Below are positions 51,508 through 59,771 of a DNA stretch of 64,000 nt, one piece after another. The DNA is from Nitrospirota bacterium (GTDB taxonomy: Bacteria; Nitrospirota; UBA9217), in NCBI GenBank assembly GCA_963749655.1, contig CAVVOB010000013.1:96001-160000 (forward strand). Reading direction: 5' to 3'. The notes below the pieces were generated by a model. That model had not been told where the DNA came from and ran no database searches. It was given only the letters and a program-made list of their open reading frames with translations. Every line of letters begins with the position of its first letter. Position 1 is the stretch's first letter. Position numbers and translations under genes: made by a program.

Positions 51508-52138
51508 GGGTGAGGTTGCCTCCGAAGATCTTGCTCGAGTATTCGGCGACCATGTCTTTTGACACGGTTTCCATGATGTCGAAGAGAGTGTCGGCCACGA
51601 AATCAACGGCCGTGTTGAAGGGCGGGAAGAGCCTGATCGAACGGCTCAGCAGCCGCGTTTCCTGATTATAGAGATGAAGGATTTCACACAAAACTACTTC
51701 GAACGCTTTTTCCGGGTACGCTGCACGCACGGCGTCGCCGAACGGCAGACCGTCCTTCCACTGGGCGAGAATGCCGTGGACCGCGCCGAACAAACGGACG
51801 ATACGCTTCTTCCTTACATCAGCGATGTCCTCGTAGCGCACGGTTATGGAGAGCGAGGGGATGGCGAGGTGCTTGACGAAGAGGCGGTCCACCTTTTTTG
51901 TTTCCTCAAATACAGCGTCCACGTCGAGCTCCCTGCCCGCGGCAAAAGACTCCCCCGCATGCTCGATGATCAGACGGTCCTTCTCCACCTCTTTTTTGAC
52001 GTTGGCATCCAGGTAGGCGCCGACGAAGGGAAGCCGGGCTGCGCTCAGGGAGCGTCCCGTCATCCGGTCCAGGGACCGCTTGCTGAATTCTGTGAGCATG
52101 ATCCTGTCTTTTTCACAGAGCAGGGCAATTCTGTCCAT
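51494..52138 (-). CDS. Hypothetical protein overlapping the start of the radical SAM gene
   Basis: GAGG RBS; 14-nt overlap with the downstream gene; helical, N..KE..KD motif. Confidence 0.75.
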   Translation of the reverse strand: MDRIALLCEKDRIMLTEFSKRSLDRMTGRSLSAARLPFVGAYLDANVKKEVEKDRLIIEHAGESFAAGRELDVDAVFEETKKVDRLFVKHLAIPSLSITVRYEDIADVRKKRIVRLFGAVHGILAQWKDGLPFGDAVRAAYPEKAFEVVLCEILHLYNQETRLLSRSIRLFPPFNTAVDFVADTLFDIMETVSKDMVAEYSSKIFGGNLTHVQA

Positions 52139-52221
52139 CGTGCACCTCTGCGCGGAAATCCTGCGGCATCATTGCCGGCGCATTGTCTTTCTGAAGACTC
52201 GATCCTGTGTGGTACCCCGTG

Positions 52222-52929
52222 TCAGCGGGGTTTCACTGCCCGGTAAATGGTGGCGATCCCCATGGTGAGGGAATCGACGGTGACATCCTCATATCCGCAT
52301 GACAGAATGAGATCCTTGAACTCGTCCGGCGGATAAAAGGCGTTGATGGAGCGGGGCAAGTACAGATAGGGCGCTGCCGTCTTGACGACCGCCTTGCCGA
52401 TCATCGGCATGATCCGGAAGACATACCATTCATACAGCATGCGGAACCAGTGCGATCCCGGCTTGGTCAGCTCAAGGCAGACAAAAACGGCGCCGGGCTT
52501 CAGGACCCGCCAGAGCTCCTTCAGGGCAAGCGAGGTGTCCGGAATGTTTCTCATGCCGAAGGCGACGGTCACCGCGTCGAAGGTGTTTTCCCGGAAGGGG
52601 ACCTGTTTTGCATCGGACAGGACAAAGGAAATGTTCCGAAAGCGGCCGGCGGTCTTTTTACGGGCGCGCTTGAGCATTTCCTCGCAGAAGTCCGCGCCGG
52701 TCACCGTTCCGTCCTCGCCAACCTGGTTGGACAGGAGCATGGCCAGTTCACCGGTTCCGGTGCAGACATCGAGCACGCGGTCGCCCCGATGGATGCCCGA
52801 GTTGACCACGGCGCGCCTGCGCCAGAAGTGGTCGAAGCCGAAGCTGAAACTGCTGCTGAGCAGATCGACGTAGGGCGCGACGGTGGAGAAAATATTTTTT
52901 ATGAAGAGATCACGCTGCTCCAGTGACAT
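52222..52929 (-). CDS. ubiE: UbiE/MenG-family quinone methyltransferase
   Basis: FS.VAP.VD...SFGFDHFWR, VLDVCTGTG, FDAVTVAFGMRN, RVLKPG, Y.YL..SI. Confidence 0.88.
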   Translation of the reverse strand: MSLEQRDLFIKNIFSTVAPYVDLLSSSFSFGFDHFWRRRAVVNSGIHRGDRVLDVCTGTGELAMLLSNQVGEDGTVTGADFCEEMLKRARKKTAGRFRNISFVLSDAKQVPFRENTFDAVTVAFGMRNIPDTSLALKELWRVLKPGAVFVCLELTKPGSHWFRMLYEWYVFRIMPMIGKAVVKTAAPYLYLPRSINAFYPPDEFKDLILSCGYEDVTVDSLTMGIATIYRAVKPR

Positions 52930-53035
52930 GATTCGCCTTTCGCTGTAAATGCGCCCGGCGTACCCGCCGTCATGACGCTTCTGTATTTTCCGGTCTGCCC
53001 TGTCCGTCTCAGGTCCAAGGTGGTGAATCCATAAC

Positions 53036-53153
53036 TGATGAGTCGTAAGAAGTCAAGATTTGCCACAAGAGGCACAAAAAGCACAAAAAGAGTTTTTGAA
53101 AAATTAAACTTTTGTGACTTCTGTGGCTAAAAAAACTTTTTACGAAATCATCA
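53036..53153. mobile_element. MITE-like element with TIRs, TAAC duplication and internal 9-mer inverted repeats
   Basis: TAAC|TGATGAGTCGTAAGAAGT ... ACTTTTTACGAAATCATCA|TAAC; inner GCCACAAGA GGCACAAAA AGCACAAAA ... TTTTGTGAC TTCTGTGGC. Confidence 0.7.
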
Positions 53154-53156
53154 TAA

Positions 53157-53972
53157 CTAGTACACGAACTGCCCCAGAATGATCAGCACCAGCAGCAGGA
53201 ACCCGGCAGCCACGACCGCGAACCCGAAGATGATCCCCATGTCCGTTATCCAGTTCTTCTGCGGCTCCACCATGAGCCGGTCCATCTGCCGTTCTTCGGT
53301 CAGGCGCTGATACTCCAGCGGCCGTTCGTGCTGCAGTTCATGAACACTGACGGCCCCCGTGAAGATGACGGGATCCATCGGGAATTTTTCCGGCCGCATA
53401 TGAGTGTTGAAAAAGTGGATCGTGAAAATAAAGCCCGCCGCGAGGAGCGCCTCGTCGCTGTGGATGACCGTGGCGATGTTGAACACCCAGCCCGGGAAAA
53501 AACGGCCGAAGAACTCCGGGAACCAGAGGAACAGCCCCGACACGCCGATCATTCCCACGCCCCAGAATACGGCCCAGTAGTCGAACTTTTCCCAGTAGGT
53601 CCACCGGTCGAACTGCGGCTTCGGCCCCATCCCGAGGAACCACTTGAAGTTGTTGTAGATGTCTTCGAGGTCCTTGAGCCAGGGCACCATGGACTCGGGG
53701 CCGAGGGGGTTGAACCGCATTTTCCGGACAACCACGATATTGTGCAGGACATAGGCGATATGGGCCGCGAAGTACCCGAAGGTGAGGACCGCGCAGATGC
53801 GGTGGATGAGGGCCGCGCCCTGGTAGCCTCCTTCAAGCCCTACGAGCCAGGCCGCCCACGGCGCCTGGGCGTACTTGATCGGCATGCCCGAGGCAACGAG
53901 GCCGATGAAGCTGAGGGCCATGACCGCGTGCAGGACGCGGTGGTAAGCGTTGAACCGTCGTACCTGTGCCAT
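53157..53972 (-). CDS. Cytochrome b subunit (FdnI/HydC-like, CbcL-type)
   Basis: RF...HRVLH, IHR, WEKFDYWAVFWG, HSDEALLA, IHFFNTH.RP.KFP. Confidence 0.9.
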   Translation of the reverse strand: MAQVRRFNAYHRVLHAVMALSFIGLVASGMPIKYAQAPWAAWLVGLEGGYQGAALIHRICAVLTFGYFAAHIAYVLHNIVVVRKMRFNPLGPESMVPWLKDLEDIYNNFKWFLGMGPKPQFDRWTYWEKFDYWAVFWGVGMIGVSGLFLWFPEFFGRFFPGWVFNIATVIHSDEALLAAGFIFTIHFFNTHMRPEKFPMDPVIFTGAVSVHELQHERPLEYQRLTEERQMDRLMVEPQKNWITDMGIIFGFAVVAAGFLLLVLIILGQFVY

Positions 53973-53973
53973 A

Positions 53974-54957
53974 TTATTCGCCCCCTTTCTTTGTCATACG
54001 TTCTTTCAGCGCGCGATAGGCCCAGAGGAACGTATGGATAAAGAAGAAGGTGAACACGCCGATCAAAAGCGTCGTCATGAACAGGAAGGTGTAGTAGAGA
54101 ATGGGGTATTTCTCCCGGTTGCCCTCTTCCCCGTGAGCGTAGAACTTCGTGAATCCCCGCGTCGCGTGGGCATGGCATTTTTTGCACGTGGCGAGGATAT
54201 TGTGCTGCGCCAGCGGCGACAGGCGGTCGGCGACGGAAACGATCGCATGGGACCCGTGGCAGTCAGCGCATTTCGCCATGGTGGCATAGCCGAGCTCCGT
54301 CACCTTGCCGTGGTAGGTCTTATGATAGGTCTTCATCTGCTCCTGGTGGCAGTTGCCGCATTGCCGGATGAGCGAAAGCTTCCACCGGTCGGTGACTGTC
54401 GGGGGTGCCAGGTGCTCCAGGTGGCAGTCAAAGCAGGTGGGCGCCTTCAGCGTCAGGTCGAGCTGGAGCGCCGTGGCGTGGATGCTGGTCCGGTATGCCT
54501 CATACTCGGCAGGATGACACTGCGAACAGAGAGCAGGGATCTTCTTCCTGTTCGTAGCCGAACGCGTGTCAGCGGAGGGGTAAATGGCATGCGACCCATG
54601 GCAGGTCTGGCACGTCGGCGCCGCGCCATTTCCCGCCGCGGCTTCTTTCCCGTGCACGCTCAGCTTGTACTGCTGAGCCTGCTCTTTCGGGGCGCCTTCG
54701 TTGCCCGTGAAGTGGCAGATGCCGCAGTTCACCTTCGCCGTCTTCCCGTGGGGATATTCCGTTATCCCGAGATGGCATTTGGCGCAGGCCAGGTGTCCGT
54801 GAACCGATTGCTCCAGTGCGGCGCGGTCGACATACCCCTTCGAGCCCTTCTGGCCGTGACAATCGTAACAGATATTCTGTGCGAAAGCGGCGAGGGGGAA
54901 GAGGAGGCAAAGGAACAGGAAAAAAAGTATTAGACGTTTCTTGCCAGGGCAATGCAT
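53974..54957 (-). CDS. Nonaheme c-type cytochrome with C-terminal membrane anchor
   Basis: Signal peptide; nine CxxCH (CYDCH, CAKCH, CGICH, CQTCH, CSQCH, CFDCH, CGNCH, CADCH, CKKCH); C-terminal TM. Confidence 0.93.
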   Translation of the reverse strand: MHCPGKKRLILFFLFLCLLFPLAAFAQNICYDCHGQKGSKGYVDRAALEQSVHGHLACAKCHLGITEYPHGKTAKVNCGICHFTGNEGAPKEQAQQYKLSVHGKEAAAGNGAAPTCQTCHGSHAIYPSADTRSATNRKKIPALCSQCHPAEYEAYRTSIHATALQLDLTLKAPTCFDCHLEHLAPPTVTDRWKLSLIRQCGNCHQEQMKTYHKTYHGKVTELGYATMAKCADCHGSHAIVSVADRLSPLAQHNILATCKKCHAHATRGFTKFYAHGEEGNREKYPILYYTFLFMTTLLIGVFTFFFIHTFLWAYRALKERMTKKGGE

Positions 54958-55130
54958 GGCTAAATTGTAGCAAAGAATATCAGACTGTCAAGGTAGAGAA
55001 AAAAAGTTGTCAAATGTTGAGCACGGGCGGACAGTTGGCAGACTTCTCAATTCTGAAAATCGCGAGAAACGCAGGACTCCGGCAGTTTTTCATACGTAGT
55101 TATACTAAGGAAGCGGAAACGGCTTTGTTC

Positions 55131-55205
55131 ACCGCAGAGACGCAGAGGCGCGGAGGAACCGTTCAGTTATAAAATTTTTTCTCAGCGTCTCAGCGCATCT
55201 GCGGT
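55131..55205. repeat. 8-mer-based inverted-repeat element
   Basis: ACCGCAGAG ACGCAGAG GCGCGGAG ... CTCAGCGT CTCAGCGC ATCTGCGGT. Confidence 0.75.
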
Positions 55206-55270
55206 AAGTTTTTTGCGCGCAGAACGCTGCTGGTGTTCATATCGTGTCGTCTGAGAGCTAATGATCCTGT

Positions 55271-56701
55271 CTACCTGATGATATCCGCCGTGAAGGAATA
55301 GAGCTGCGCGTCTTTCCAGGCGTCCTTGGGCAGGCCTGCCTTGATCGAGACCTGCTCAAGGAACGTCGGCACGTCCCAGTGATATTCCTCGGCAACCTGG
55401 GGGAGGAGGATGCCGCTGTTCCATCCCTTTACCAGGTAGAGTCCGTGCGTCCCGATCCTGATGTTTTTAACGTCCAACAGGAGTTCGAGGGGAGAAAGGA
55501 CTGTGACCTCGACGGACATATCGTTCAGCTCCTGAGGCGTCATGGGTTCGAATCGCGGGTCGCGGGAGCAGGCCGAGACTGCGTTCGTGATGACGGACTT
55601 GAACAGCGGCATGACGGGTTCGATGTTCCCGATGCAGCCCCGCAGGCGCCCGCTGCGATTGATCGTGACAAAGACGGCCCCGTTGGCCGCGAGACGGGCG
55701 TCTTTCGGTTCGAACTGCGGCGTCTTGCCGTGCTTCACATAGCTTTCTATCGTTCGTCTGGCAAGAGCGAGAAGCTCCCGTTGCTGTTCTGCTGTGAGCG
55801 CGCTTTTGTACAGGCCCAGCGCCGCATATCCCACGACCCGGGTACGGTCATTTGTCACATCGCCCGAGTTCGCCGCGTTGAACAGCACGCCGTTGGTTGC
55901 GCCGAGCCTCCGGGCCGCTGCCATGGCAACGAGCACCGCGTACCCGCCGCACATTTCACCCTCGCTGCTCCGGAGGCGCTGCTCCAGGTCTTCCACCGAC
56001 ATCCTGGCCACGGCGTTGGTGACCGTTCCGTCCATTTTTTTCGCTGTTCTGTAATCGTGATAATGGGAGAGGTCCGTGCTCGCGATGATGATCGTCTTCG
56101 GATTTTCAGCGACAATCGACGTAAGGCTGCGGATCAGGGAGTCGAAGGATTCCTGTGTGGGGCGGCCGATCAGGACAGGCACTATGGTGAAGCGCGTCAG
56201 CGTGCGCTGAAGGAACGGCAGCTGCACCTCGATCGAGTGCTCCTTTTCAAAGGCCGAGGTTGACGCCGTGACGCCTGCTTTCGGGTCGATGAGCTTTTTC
56301 GCGAGCCGGTCGTTGATCTTGATCGTTCCCAAAGGGGTCCGCATGCCGCCTGACGCATACACGACAGCGCCGTTCACCTCGGCGTAATGGCTCGGTCCGA
56401 TCAGTATAACCGTATCGACCGGCCGTTCCTGCAGATGGCGGTACGCATAGGCCGCGACCTGTCCGGAATACTGGTACCCGGCATGGGGCGCGATCAGGGC
56501 GATGAGCTTCCCTTCCACGGGGGTCGTCTTTGCGCGGGACAGGAAATCGTCGACCATGGCGGTAAGCGCCTGTTTGTCCGCGGGATAGAAGGCCCCGGCA
56601 ACCGCGGGCTCCTTGACGGTCCCGCCGGCGCCCACAAGCAGGACGGTCAGGACCAGGAGAATGGACAGCAATGCAGCTCCGACAAGGTGCTTACGCTTCA
56701 T
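55271..56701 (-). CDS. amrB: AmmeMemoRadiSam protein B (Memo) - protein A (AMMECR1) fusion with signal peptide
   Basis: PAVAGAFYP, APHAGY.YSG, GPSH, EHSIEVQLPF, STDLSHY; then GAVFVT, LRGCIG, DPRF, LLPQVA; hydrophobic N-terminus. Confidence 0.93.
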   Translation of the reverse strand: MKRKHLVGAALLSILLVLTVLLVGAGGTVKEPAVAGAFYPADKQALTAMVDDFLSRAKTTPVEGKLIALIAPHAGYQYSGQVAAYAYRHLQERPVDTVILIGPSHYAEVNGAVVYASGGMRTPLGTIKINDRLAKKLIDPKAGVTASTSAFEKEHSIEVQLPFLQRTLTRFTIVPVLIGRPTQESFDSLIRSLTSIVAENPKTIIIASTDLSHYHDYRTAKKMDGTVTNAVARMSVEDLEQRLRSSEGEMCGGYAVLVAMAAARRLGATNGVLFNAANSGDVTNDRTRVVGYAALGLYKSALTAEQQRELLALARRTIESYVKHGKTPQFEPKDARLAANGAVFVTINRSGRLRGCIGNIEPVMPLFKSVITNAVSACSRDPRFEPMTPQELNDMSVEVTVLSPLELLLDVKNIRIGTHGLYLVKGWNSGILLPQVAEEYHWDVPTFLEQVSIKAGLPKDAWKDAQLYSFTADIIR

Positions 56702-56828
56702 CTTTTCTCCTCCAGAACCTGGCGGGCTTGTCCTGCTCCTTGGATTTTATCTTTTTTGCAAGAAAACTGATGATGCCGCCTGCGAGGAAGAATCCGAGGA
56801 AGCTCCTTCGTGATATGGTGTCCTTCAT
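56691..56828 (-). CDS. 45-aa twin-arginine (Tat-signal-like) peptide
   Basis: Manual translation MKDTISRRSFLGFFLAGGIISFLAKKIKSKEQDKPARFWRRKDEA*; AAGAGG RBS; overlaps the amrB start. Confidence 0.72.
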   Translation of the reverse strand: MKDTISRRSFLGFFLAGGIISFLAKKIKSKEQDKPARFWRRKDEA

Positions 56829-56849
56829 TGTTCGCCTCTTTTCAAGGGC

Positions 56850-56923
56850 CGTCATTCCGGGCTTGACCCGGAATCCAGTGGCTTTTCGCTAAGTCCTGGA
56901 TTCCTGCTTCCGCAGGAATGACG
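56850..56923. repeat. REP-like palindromic element (copy 2)
   Basis: CGTCATTCCGGGCTTGACCCGGAATCCAG...CTGGATTCCTGCTTCCGCAGGAATGACG. Confidence 0.75.
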
Positions 56924-57006
56924 AGCGATAGGGGTATATTGTTAACCCTCAATTCTCCGCAGCTTACTGCGGAGAGGTATTAGTAGCTTGCAACAAAGCC
57001 CCTTCT

Positions 57007-57981
57007 TCATCCCCACACTCCCGCGATCTTCATGCCGCAGAACCTGCATTTTCCCGACGCGATGTTGTTCTGCTTCACGAAATATCCGGTCCGCTCGATG
57101 ACGATCTTTTTGCAGCGCGGGCAGAGGGTGTTCTCTGCGTCGCTCCGCACATTGCCGATATAGACAAAGCGGAGTCCGGCGTCGAGGGCGGTTGTTCTGG
57201 CGTTTTTCAGCGTCTCGACGGGCGTGGGCGGCAGGTCCTTCAGCTTGTAACCCGGGAAGAACCGGGAAAAGTGAAGCGGCACGTCATTCCCGAGGTTCTT
57301 CACGATCCATTTGCACATGTCGCGGACCTGCGACAGGTTATCGTTCAACGTGGGGATGACCAGGTTCGTGACCTCGAGCCACACCTTGTCCTCCCTGAGC
57401 TGTACGAGGGAGTCCAGAACGGGTCTGAGCCTGCCGCCGCATATTCTTGCGTAGAAGTCCTCGGTAAAGGCCTTCAGGTCCACGTCGGCGGCATCGAGAT
57501 ACCTGGCGAGTTCGTGGAGCGGTTTTTTGTTGATGTACCCGCAGGAATGCATCGTGTTGTTGATGCCGTATTGGCGGGCGATTACCGCGGTGTCGTACAT
57601 GTATTCGTAGAACACCGTGGGTTCGGTGTAGGTGTAGGTGATTGTCCTGCACTGGTAGAACAGCGCCTGGCGGACGACATCCGCGGGAGGAAGGTCCCGG
57701 GAATCCACGTCCTCGGGGTTCGCCTGCGAGATCTCCCAGTTCTGGCAGAACTTGCAGCCCAGGACGCATCCTGCCGTTGCGATCGAAAAGGCGGTAGTTC
57801 CGGGATGGAAATGGAAGAAAGGCTTTTTTTCGATGGGGTCGATGGCCACGGCGCAGGGCTTCCCGTACACAAGGCTGTACAGTGTCCCGCCCTTGTTTAT
57901 CCTGGTCCTGCACCCGCCGATCTGAAATTCCTCGAGCACGCATTCGGTGGGGCAGAGTTCGCATTGGACTGTTTTCGCCAT
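57007..57981 (-). CDS. amrS: AmmeMemoRadiSam radical SAM enzyme
   Basis: CELCPTEC, DPIEKKP, GCVLGCKFCQNWEISQ, TYTEP, VDLK, PLHFSRF, CPRC...CRFC. Confidence 0.94.
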   Translation of the reverse strand: MAKTVQCELCPTECVLEEFQIGGCRTRINKGGTLYSLVYGKPCAVAIDPIEKKPFFHFHPGTTAFSIATAGCVLGCKFCQNWEISQANPEDVDSRDLPPADVVRQALFYQCRTITYTYTEPTVFYEYMYDTAVIARQYGINNTMHSCGYINKKPLHELARYLDAADVDLKAFTEDFYARICGGRLRPVLDSLVQLREDKVWLEVTNLVIPTLNDNLSQVRDMCKWIVKNLGNDVPLHFSRFFPGYKLKDLPPTPVETLKNARTTALDAGLRFVYIGNVRSDAENTLCPRCKKIVIERTGYFVKQNNIASGKCRFCGMKIAGVWG

Positions 57982-57999
57982 TAGTCAGTTAAATGTTTT

Positions 58000-58086
58000 G
58001 CCGCAGAGTTCTCAGAGGACACGGGAAAAAGCTTAAGAATCATTATTCCTGGAGTTTTCCTCTGTGCTCTCAATGTCCTCTGTGGC
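58000..58086. repeat. 9-mer-based inverted-repeat element directly upstream of amrS
   Basis: GCCGCAGAG TTCTCAGAG GACACGGG ... CTCTGTGCT CTCAATGTC CTCTGTGGC. Confidence 0.72.
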
Positions 58087-58125
58087 TAAAGTTTTTCGGC
58101 TTGTCCTGAGCAGGATATGCTGGGG

Positions 58126-58329
58126 TTACTGCTTCTCCTTCCAGTAAGAGCCTTGATGCAGGCTGAGCCCCTTTTTCGAGATCGTGCTTTCGTAGTAGAC
58201 GCGGCGTTTCAGATAATTCTCGATGTCAGGTATCACCGTTTCCCGGAGCACGGAAAAGGCCAGAATCGCAATGACGAGCCCTGCGCTCGCGGAAAGCAAT
58301 ACCTTGAATTTTTGTTTGTCCTTCTCCAT
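58126..58329 (-). CDS. Small single-TM protein
   Basis: MEKDKQKFKVLLSASAGLVIAILAFSVL...GLSLHQGSYWKEKQ; co-oriented within the cluster. Confidence 0.65.
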   Translation of the reverse strand: MEKDKQKFKVLLSASAGLVIAILAFSVLRETVIPDIENYLKRRVYYESTISKKGLSLHQGSYWKEKQ

Positions 58330-58401
58330 AGGCAGCAAATTAAATCTTCTCTCTCTGGTGGTTCTTTGTCAAGCCGCATTTACCGGCCTGCAGGGCCTTT
58401 T

Positions 58402-58467
58402 GCTGGTTCAGGCTTGCAGCCTGAACCAAATGTTAAGGTTTGGTTCAATCTTCAAGATTGAACCAGC
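58402..58467. repeat. REP doublet (REPIN-like)
   Basis: GCTGGTTCAGGCT TGC AGCCTGAACCAAA ... TTTGGTTCAATCTT C AAGATTGAACCAGC. Confidence 0.7.
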
Positions 58468-58544
58468 GTGAGGCTTCGTGTGAGTTTTATGAATGCATCA
58501 ATCTTGAGTGAATCTGGCTAGTCCAAACTTGCCGCATAGTGCAA

Positions 58545-59771
58545 TCATCGACCTGCAGGGCCGTGCTGAAAACAGCGGTTGCAGCGGATGCACTCGGAAA
58601 CAGCCGGATTCGGCTTGTTCGCCACGGGACAATCGGCGCCGCTCGGATATCCCCTTGCCTCTCTTGACAAGGCGCCGGTCAGCGCGGCCACAGGACAAAG
58701 ATACCGGCACCAGAACCGTTCGATGCGCAGGTTCGCGGCAAGGGCAATAACGACGAGGGCCCATGTTAACGCTGTACCGTTGAAGGAAAAGAGCGTCACG
58801 TAGGCCTCGTAGTTCCCGTAGTCCGCGCTGCTGCCTGTGAACGCCAGAACAACGGCGAGGCCGAGCAGGCCATATTTCAAGGTTCTCGCACGGCCGTCCA
58901 GTTCGGGCGGGATTTCCCATTTGCGGAAAGGCAGCCTGCTTATGAACTCGGACAAAGCGCCGAAGGGGCAGAGCCAGCCGCAGTAGAACCTTCCTGCCAC
59001 GATGATAGACGCGAAGGTGCTGATAACGAGCACATACCACAGCATCGACGACGACGGCCTCAGGAGGACAAGGTTAAAGACGTGAATGACGGAGAAGGGG
59101 GCGGAAAGATATAAACCGACGATGATGACGGAAGAGGCCAGGCTGAGGTCCCTCAGCGTCTGAAACTTCCGCGATCGCCGCGTAAGAACATATCCCGCTG
59201 CAGCGGCGATGAACAGGCCTGCGTACCACAGCCAGGCGGTTTCGCGGCGGCCTGTGCCGGCCGGTCCGGAACTGATGCCGAGGACGTCCCTTGCCGCGGT
59301 GCGCGAGGACTCCCTGACCGTATCAGCCAGGGCTTTAACGCTCACCGTGGCGCGGGTGATCCCATCGATGTCGCGGTCCACCTCGAAGGGATCGGTCACG
59401 CTCTTCCCGATGAATTGGCTGAGATAGGACGGAAGCTCGAGATAGCGGACGTAATTCTTCGTCTCCCGGTGCTCGATGATCCTGAGGCCGGCGATCATTC
59501 CCTCGCGGCTCAGGACGACCATGACCTTGATCGGACCTGCATATCCCCTGATCTGCGGCACGATGTCATGGGAGTTGAAGGCGACAGCTCCATCCCCGGA
59601 GCGATAGACCGGTGGGCTGCCCTGCTTCTCTGCAAAACGCGAGTCAGGAGCAGCGATCTTGAGAATACTGCGTTCATCGGGCGCAGGCGCCATGAGGCGG
59701 GACCGGACAAGGTGGCCCGTGATCAGCGAACAGAGGGCAAGGGCTGTAAGGAGGATTCTAATTTTTTTCAT
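58545..59771 (-). CDS. FMN-binding domain + polytopic 4Fe-4S (NosR/NapH-like) membrane protein
   Basis: GYAGPI, IIEHRET, DGITRATVS; GRFYCGWLCPFG, RFWCRYLCP, CP...CIRCNRC. Confidence 0.88.
   Translation of the reverse strand: MKKIRILLTALALCSLITGHLVRSRLMAPAPDERSILKIAAPDSRFAEKQGSPPVYRSGDGAVAFNSHDIVPQIRGYAGPIKVMVVLSREGMIAGLRIIEHRETKNYVRYLELPSYLSQFIGKSVTDPFEVDRDIDGITRATVSVKALADTVRESSRTAARDVLGISSGPAGTGRRETAWLWYAGLFIAAAAGYVLTRRSRKFQTLRDLSLASSVIIVGLYLSAPFSVIHVFNLVLLRPSSSMLWYVLVISTFASIIVAGRFYCGWLCPFGALSEFISRLPFRKWEIPPELDGRARTLKYGLLGLAVVLAFTGSSADYGNYEAYVTLFSFNGTALTWALVVIALAANLRIERFWCRYLCPVAALTGALSREARGYPSGADCPVANKPNPAVSECIRCNRCFQHGPAGR

Noticed and set aside
57960-58140. Selenocysteine or stop read-through joining the small TM peptide to amrS
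   Set aside because: The peptide ends in TAA, further stops lie in the spacer, and the upstream TGA is not at a conserved Cys position.
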